From assembly GCA_963848065.1 (NCBI GenBank), contig CAWKBZ010000003.1, positions 13,147 through 77,146 on the forward strand: a stretch of DNA of 64,000 nt, given 5' to 3'. This document shows, in pieces, positions 58,598-64,000 of this stretch. The translations under genes and the position numbers were made by a program. The first letter of the stretch is position 1, and every line of letters starts with the position of its first letter. The DNA is from an uncultured Actinomycetota bacterium. Lineage in GTDB: Bacteria; Actinomycetota; Actinomycetes; Actinomycetales; Microbacteriaceae. The notes beneath the pieces were generated by a model, which saw only the letters and a list, made by a program, of their open reading frames with translations, did not search any database and was not told the origin of the DNA.

Positions 58598-59357
58598 ATG
58601 ACGGACGTCACGGCAGCATCCCGCCCGCGGGTTGGTTCACTGACCCAGCCGGCAGCGGAGTCAGCGATGGTGGGACGGCACGGCATGGACCGAACACCTG
58701 CAACACGCCGCCACCGGCCGCAGACTGCGGTGATGGATGCGCCCGCCGCCTCCGCCGCCCCGTCACCCGCCGCGAACTGCGCGCCCAGACGGGCGCGCTG
58801 ACGTATGGGGACGAGCGGGCGGTCGTCGAGTCCGACTTTCGCCCCGGTGATCGTCGCTCCGGAGCCGGTCGAACAGTTCGCCGTGCACGCATCCGCCAAT
58901 GAGCAGCACGCCCTACTCATACACGCCCGACTACTCATACCTCAACCAGCCCACGGGCAGTGCGCAGACCGCGGGCGCCTGGCTTCTGGGGCTCTCTCCC
59001 CTGTGGCTCGGGTTCATCACCGGGATCGCGGCACGGTCTTGCCGCCAGCTTTCTTGATGGCACCTCGTGCGGATCGCAAGCGTCGCACTAGTCATCTTCA
59101 CCGTGCATGGCTTGGCCCGATGGGACATCGCCAAACTTCAGGAGCGGGGATTCCAGCGCACACCACCTGCTTGGCTTGCGCTCTTCACGCTCGTATACCT
59201 CATTGTGAGGGCGGTGCAGCTCGGCAAAGCGGGCCTGCCACCCCTGCTCAGCTATATCTTCGCGACGATACTCGTCGATGGCAATGGTGACCTGGTTCGT
59301 GTTCTCGCTGCTGTCGCAGATGATGGTCAGCCCGAATGGCACGCTCTACATGCCCTA
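58598..59357 (+). pseudogene. DUF2510 domain membrane protein; multiple frame disruptions
   Basis: PAGWFTDPAGSG, RWWDGTAWTEHL and PVTRRELRAQTGALTYGDE lie in different frames. So do the TM-rich C-terminus (WLLGLSPLWLGFITGIA; VALVIFTVHGLARWDIAKLQERGF..) and the ending MVSPNGTLYMP*. Confidence 0.5.
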
Positions 59358-59363
59358 GTTCGC

Positions 59364-59738
59364 TCAGCGGCGGTCGACGATCTCCTTGCCGAGCGGGAAC
59401 AGCGCGACCGGCACGAGCTTGAAGTTGGCGATGCCCAGCGGGATACCGATGATGGTGATCAGCAGGGCCACGCCGGAGATGATGTGTCCGATCGCGATCC
59501 ACCAGCCGGCGAGCACCACCCACACAATGTTGCCGAGCAGCGAGCCGAAGCCGGACGTGCGCTTGTCGACCACATCCTTGCCGAACGGCCACAGCGCGTA
59601 GACGCCGATACGAGCGGATGCGATCCCCCACGGAATCGTGACAATCAGGATGAACATGATGAGCGCCGCGAGCATGTAGCCGAGGAACAGCCAGAAGCCG
59701 CTGAGGATGAGCCAGATGATGTTCAGCAGGGTTGTCAT
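59364..59738 (-). CDS. yccF: YccF family inner-membrane protein
   Basis: 124 aa. Internally duplicated NI(I/V)W..L.G.W......I.......T(I/V)IG(I/W)P. Confidence 0.8.
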   Translation of the reverse strand: MTTLLNIIWLILSGFWLFLGYMLAALIMFILIVTIPWGIASARIGVYALWPFGKDVVDKRTSGFGSLLGNIVWVVLAGWWIAIGHIISGVALLITIIGIPLGIANFKLVPVALFPLGKEIVDRR

Positions 59739-59768
59739 GGTGGTGCCATTGTTGCACCGCTGCTGGCA

Positions 59769-60146
59769 TCAGCTGTGCCGGTCTGCCACCTGGGGTTCCG
59801 GCGCGGAAGGCATTCGTCGTGACCGAGGTACTCGACGGAGGTGCGTGATCGCCTCCTCCATCGTGCTGAACGTCGTGCGCACCGTGCCGCGCCCCAGCTG
59901 CAGCACATGGTAGCCGGACCCCACGCGCTCGATGAAGCCGAGCAGGCTGAAAGCGTTCTCCTGCGAGAGGCGCCTGTTTCGCACGCGCCATTCTGTGGAC
60001 GAGATCGGGTACACCTCGATGTCGTCCCGGTCGATGATCTTCTCAGCTGGGGGTTCTCGCACAGTCACTCCTATGTCCTGTCGTGTCCCGCATCCGCCAC
60101 TTTCAAAGCTAACGATGCCTGAAGCGGACCGGAAAGGGCTGGACAT
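59769..60146 (-). CDS. Hypothetical protein (start uncertain)
   Basis: 125-aa ORF. The core EKIIDRDDIEVYPISSTEWRVRNRRLSQENAFSLLGFIERVGSGYHVLQLG looks coding. No family recognised. Confidence 0.4.
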   Translation of the reverse strand: MSSPFRSASGIVSFESGGCGTRQDIGVTVREPPAEKIIDRDDIEVYPISSTEWRVRNRRLSQENAFSLLGFIERVGSGYHVLQLGRGTVRTTFSTMEEAITHLRRVPRSRRMPSAPEPQVADRHS

Positions 60147-60168
60147 AGCGAGGGTGAGTCAGGTAGTT

Positions 60169-60274
60169 GGGTCTCGACAAGCTCGACCACCGGACAAGCT
60201 CGACCACCGAACGCTCGGTATCCCGCCGGTCGGGTCTCGACAAGCTCGACCACCGTTCGACCCGCGGGATACCG
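60169..60274. repeat. Cluster of GGGTCTCGACAAGCTCGACCACCG elements; one copy sits in the loop of a 17-bp stem
   Basis: Full copies at 60169-60192 and 60232-60255. A partial tandem copy is at 60193-60209. Stem arms are CGGTATCCCGCCGGTCG (60216-60232) and CGACCCGCGGGATACCG (60258-60274), with one mismatch. Confidence 0.7.
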
Positions 60275-60281
60275 GAACCGG

Positions 60282-60968
60282 TCAGGCGTGGGCGGGCTCA
60301 ACCTGCGCTTCGGCTGCGGCAGCAGACATCCACACGTCCAGCGGGCTGCGCCACAGCGTGATCGCGAGGGCAACGAACGCCCCGAGATACAGGAGCCCGG
60401 AGACGAGCGACGCCCACTCGAAGAAGTTCGTTCCAACGAACTCGATGAGTACGAACGCCCACAGCGCGACCGGCACCCAGCGCGAGCCCACCCTCGCACG
60501 GAACACCGCGATACCGAGGAAGATCAGGCCCAGCACGGTTCCGATGGTTCCGAGCAGCATGAGCACCTCAAGCCCGACGGGCATGCTCTGCTCGAGCAGC
60601 GCCGCGTGCACCTCGAGGTTCTCTGTGTCGCCCGCCATCAGCACCTGCATGGCCTGGGTTCCGGCGTGCACGGCGTGTCCGAAGCCACCGAGCACGGCGA
60701 GGGTGCCGCCGATCGCAGCCCACTTCGGTGAGCGGTGTGCGACCAGATGCGCGACGCCGAGCAGCCCGATGATGAAGGGCAACTGTGCCACCGCGAAGGC
60801 TGTCACCGAGATCGCGGCCACGTCTCCGGCCTCACCGACGAGGGTCAGTCGCTCGAGCATGGTCTCGCCGAATGGCGGCTCGAGCACCACCCAGAGCACC
60901 GAGAGCAAGCCGGCGACGACAAGACTGATGGATGCCGCGGTGCGGCGGTAGAGAGCAGTGCCTTTCAT
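60282..60968 (-). CDS. Hypothetical polytopic membrane protein
   Basis: ATG 60966-60968 with AGGAGG upstream. 228 aa with ~6 TM helices. Confidence 0.6.
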   Translation of the reverse strand: MKGTALYRRTAASISLVVAGLLSVLWVVLEPPFGETMLERLTLVGEAGDVAAISVTAFAVAQLPFIIGLLGVAHLVAHRSPKWAAIGGTLAVLGGFGHAVHAGTQAMQVLMAGDTENLEVHAALLEQSMPVGLEVLMLLGTIGTVLGLIFLGIAVFRARVGSRWVPVALWAFVLIEFVGTNFFEWASLVSGLLYLGAFVALAITLWRSPLDVWMSAAAAEAQVEPAHA

Positions 60969-61124
60969 GATTCCTCCTGGGAAAACTGTCAAAATGCCGA
61001 TCTGCTGAGCGGCCATGACCCGACGCTAGAAGCGCATCGAGTCGCTCGTCATCGGTCGGGTGTTGACGCAACTGTCAACCTCAGGATGATGACCGCGATA
61101 CCTCGGTCGCCCTAGGCTGGCGCG

Positions 61125-62279
61125 GTGACCCGCAGAATCCTTCGCACCGTCGTCGACGTCGCGCTCGCCCTCGGGCTGGCGGCTGTCGCCGTCGCCGAGC
61201 TGTGGCTGCCGCTCGACTCGGTCGAAGGAACGGGATCACGGGAACTCAGCACCGTTGTCGCGGTTGTGCTCTGTCTTGCGCTCGCAGGCAGGAGGCGCTG
61301 GCCGCTCCCAACTGCGCTCATCGTTCTGCTCACCTGGCCGATCGTGTTCACCTTCCAACCTGTCTTTGTGCTCTTCTGGGGGCAGCTTGTGCCGATGGTG
61401 CTGGCCACCTACTCGGTCGCGCGGTACAGCACCCGTCGTGGTGCGCTCATCGGCGCGGGCGCAGCCGCCGCATGCCTGCTGTTCTTCGACTTCCGCGTGC
61501 CCGGAATGGGAGAGCCAGGCGAAGTCGTGTTCCATTGGCTCGTCATCGCGAGTGCGTGGACGATCGGCACAGTTGTGCGTCTCGCGGAGCAGCGGGCCGC
61601 GGCATCCACCCAGCTGGCGATTGAGACAGAGCTCTCGAGCCGTACGCGTACCATCCAGGCCATCTCGGAGGAACGCGCCCGCATCGCACGGGAACTGCAC
61701 GACATCGTCGCCCATGCCGTGAGCATCATGGTCGTGCAGGCGGGGGCGGCCGAGCAGGTCGTCGATGACGACCCTGCGCTTACCCGAAAATCGCTGGAGA
61801 GCATCCGCACAACGGGTGCCAACGCCCTCACAGAAATGCGCCGCGTGGTCGAGATGCTTCGCGATGATGACTCTCACGGTGAGTTGCAGCCGCAGCCAGG
61901 GGTGGCGAGCCTGCCCGCGCTGATCGAGCAATCCAGCAGCAACTCACTGGAAGTGCACCTGGTCACTGAAGGCGAACCACGAACCCTGCCCGCCGGGCTC
62001 GACCTGACCGCCTACCGGATAGTGCAGGAGGCGCTGACCAATGTGCGTCGACACTCCGGCGCGACAAGGGCTGACGTGGTGGTGAAGTACGTGCCGGATG
62101 CGCTGCATGTCAGTGTCACCGACGACGGCCGGGGGGCACCGGTAAAGCAGAAAGGCGTTGGCAATGGCGTGATCGGCATGCGCGAGCGCGCCGCCCTTTA
62201 CGGCGGCAGCCTCGAGATCGAGAACCGCACGGGCAACGGGTTCACCGTGCGCGCCGTCCTGCCGCTGGAGACACTGTGA
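61125..62279 (+). CDS. Sensor histidine kinase (HisKA_3 / NarL-partner class)
   Basis: 384 aa. N-terminal TM bundle, H-box ERARIARELHDIVAHAVS, and a HATPase_c G-box region (GNGVIGMRERA...GG). Confidence 0.85.
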   Translation: MTRRILRTVVDVALALGLAAVAVAELWLPLDSVEGTGSRELSTVVAVVLCLALAGRRRWPLPTALIVLLTWPIVFTFQPVFVLFWGQLVPMVLATYSVARYSTRRGALIGAGAAAACLLFFDFRVPGMGEPGEVVFHWLVIASAWTIGTVVRLAEQRAAASTQLAIETELSSRTRTIQAISEERARIARELHDIVAHAVSIMVVQAGAAEQVVDDDPALTRKSLESIRTTGANALTEMRRVVEMLRDDDSHGELQPQPGVASLPALIEQSSSNSLEVHLVTEGEPRTLPAGLDLTAYRIVQEALTNVRRHSGATRADVVVKYVPDALHVSVTDDGRGAPVKQKGVGNGVIGMRERAALYGGSLEIENRTGNGFTVRAVLPLETL

Positions 62280-62935
62280 TTCGTGTTCTGGTCGTCGACG
62301 ACCAGGAGCTCGTGCGCAGCGGCTTCCGGCTCATTCTCGAACGCAAGGGCTTCGACGTGGTCGGAGAGGCGGGCGACGGAATCGAGGCGCTCGCTGTCGC
62401 GGAGGCGACGCATCCTGATGTCGTGCTGATGGACATCCGCATGCCGCGCCTCGACGGAATCGAAGCGACGAAGCAACTGATGGCCCGGCCAGAGCCACGA
62501 CCGTTCGTGCTCGCGCTCACCACTTTCGATCTCGACGAGTACGTCTACAACGCCGTGCAGGCGGGTGCGAGCGGGTTTCTGCTCAAGGATGTCTCGCCTG
62601 ACGACCTGGTGCACGCGGTACGCGGGGTCGCCCGAGGCGACACCATGCTCGCCCCCGCCGTCACCCGCCGCCTGCTCGAGAGGTTCGCCCGCACTCCCCT
62701 TCCCGGTTCGAACGCAGCGGATGGCTCGGGGCTCGGCGAACGCGAACTGGAGGTGGCCCGGCTCGTCGCCCGGGGGCTGTCGAACAGCGATATCGGCGCG
62801 CAACTCTTCCTCAGTGAAGCGACCGTCAAGACGTACGTTTCGCGGCTGCTGGCCAAACTCAACCTGCGCGATCGGGTGCAAATCGCGGTATTCGCCTACG
62901 AGAACGGGCTCGTACAGGCCGGCGACAGGGATTGA
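62276..62935 (+). CDS. LuxR/NarL-family response regulator
   Basis: 219 aa. Receiver VLVVDDQ...DVVLMDIRMP. LuxR HTH LSNSDIGAQLFLSEATVKTYVSRLLAKL. 4-nt overlap with the kinase gene. Confidence 0.9.
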   Translation: MIRVLVVDDQELVRSGFRLILERKGFDVVGEAGDGIEALAVAEATHPDVVLMDIRMPRLDGIEATKQLMARPEPRPFVLALTTFDLDEYVYNAVQAGASGFLLKDVSPDDLVHAVRGVARGDTMLAPAVTRRLLERFARTPLPGSNAADGSGLGERELEVARLVARGLSNSDIGAQLFLSEATVKTYVSRLLAKLNLRDRVQIAVFAYENGLVQAGDRD

Positions 62936-63019
62936 GCCTCCACAGAATTCTGCCTCTGGCAATATCCGAAGAACGCTCGTAGAATTGTCTGTCTCTGAAC
63001 CCCCCCCGATCGGAGCATC

Positions 63020-63322
63020 ATGAGCCAAACGATTACCCTCGTTGCCACCCCCGGCTGGTTCGTCGATCCCGTCACAGGCAACCGCATGCGATGGTGGGAC
63101 GGCACCAGTTGGACTGACCACTACGCCGACTACAACCAGCCGTCCCCGGAACGATCCCTCAGCGCCGGCCGGCCGTTCGTCGCACGTTCGCGTCGAGAAC
63201 TGCGCACCCAGGTCGGCCCGCTGACCTACGGCGAGCTCGGTGACGAGATGCGCCCGCCCGGACGCGGACGACGCGCTCGTGCCCCATACGCTGTGCCCGC
63301 GGCAGCGGGGAACTTCCGCTAG
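63020..63322 (+). CDS. Small DUF2510 domain protein
   Basis: 100 aa. PGWFVDPVTGNRMRWWDGTSWTDH. Confidence 0.7.
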   Translation: MSQTITLVATPGWFVDPVTGNRMRWWDGTSWTDHYADYNQPSPERSLSAGRPFVARSRRELRTQVGPLTYGELGDEMRPPGRGRRARAPYAVPAAAGNFR

Positions 63323-63356
63323 CTCCAGTGTCACTGCACGCTGCTAGCCTGCGTGC

Positions 63357-64000
63357 ATGTTCGTCCGCGAAAACACCGTTCACTACAGCGCGAGTGACCT
63401 GACCAACGCGGTCAAGTGCGAGTGGGCGCTCATGCGCAAGCTCGACGCGAAGCTCGGGCGGATCACCGCCGTCGACGACCCCGAAGACTCCATGCTCAAG
63501 CGCGCCGGAACCCTCGGCGGCGAACACGAGAAGCGGGCGCTCGATGGATTCCTCGAGCAGTACGGCAACCATGAGCCTGGAGTGCGCGGCGGTGTCGCCG
63601 TCATCGCCGAACCGGAACCGCGCACCGACCCCACCGCACTCAAGTCCGCGATGCAACAGACGGTCGCCGCCCTGCGCGATGGCGCCGACGTCGTATTCCA
63701 GGGCACCTTCTTCACCGACGGTTTCGTCGGATTCGCCGACTTCCTCATCCACACCGGCGGCGGAATCTACGAGGTGTACGACACGAAGCTCGCCCGCAAA
63801 GCCAGGATCACCGCCCTGCTGCAACTCGCCGCATACGCCGACCAGCTTGAACAGCTCGGTATACCCGTCGGCCCCAACGTGCACCTGCTGCTCGGCGACG
63901 GCACGACCTCCACCCACCGCCTCGTCGACATCTCCCCCGTCTACCGAGACCGACTCGCGCGCCTGCGCTCGATGCTGGATGAGCGGATGCTCGCAGCTGC
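63357..64000 (+). CDS. RecB-like (PD-D/ExK) nuclease domain protein; N-terminal part, runs off the right edge
   Basis: ATG 63357. Open to the end of the window; not in the ORF track because it has no stop. MFVRENTVHYSASDLTNAVKCEWALMRKLD...GFADFLIH...YEVYDTKLARKA is a PD-(D/E)xK core, as in TM0106-type nuclease-helicases. Confidence 0.7.
   Translation, partial: MFVRENTVHYSASDLTNAVKCEWALMRKLDAKLGRITAVDDPEDSMLKRAGTLGGEHEKRALDGFLEQYGNHEPGVRGGVAVIAEPEPRTDPTALKSAMQQTVAALRDGADVVFQGTFFTDGFVGFADFLIHTGGGIYEVYDTKLARKARITALLQLAAYADQLEQLGIPVGPNVHLLLGDGTTSTHRLVDISPVYRDRLARLRSMLDERMLAA

Overview
High-G+C actinobacterial chromosome; gene content and order (tatA-pafC-pafB-FKBP-trmI, uppP, DUF2207, DUF2510, DUF222-HNH) look Microbacteriaceae-like, but the taxon is not verified. 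About 75 genes are readable. 1-32.7 kb and 55.3-64 kb are housekeeping or niche genes, one tRNA-Leu(GAG), and a family of three NHL/IPT surface-protein paralogs split by a VapBC cassette. 32.7-48.2 kb has visibly lower G+C (judged by eye, not computed) and looks like a defence island. It is a ~14-kb single-strand gene train: exonuclease-BRCT, small ORF, hsdM, hsdS, hsdR, DUF45, AAA+ ATPase, an unknown 455-aa protein, and a 899-aa helicase fusion, plus a divergent DUF3800 gene. The Type I R-M genes, DUF45 and the exonuclease are broken by dozens of frame disruptions. The last three genes (33230-38535) are fully intact and tightly coupled, and I cannot match them to any named system. They are my main candidate for an undescribed, probably anti-phage, module. 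49.1-55.3 kb holds four toxin-antitoxin-like pairs. Frame disruptions also hit several core genes (PAC2, M20 peptidase, HNH, spermidine-synthase-like, quinone oxidoreductase, DUF2510), so either the genome is decaying or the consensus has clustered indel errors; reads are needed to decide. No rRNA, CRISPR array, integrase or transposase was seen. All calls come from manual motif reading of the ORF track. No database search was run.
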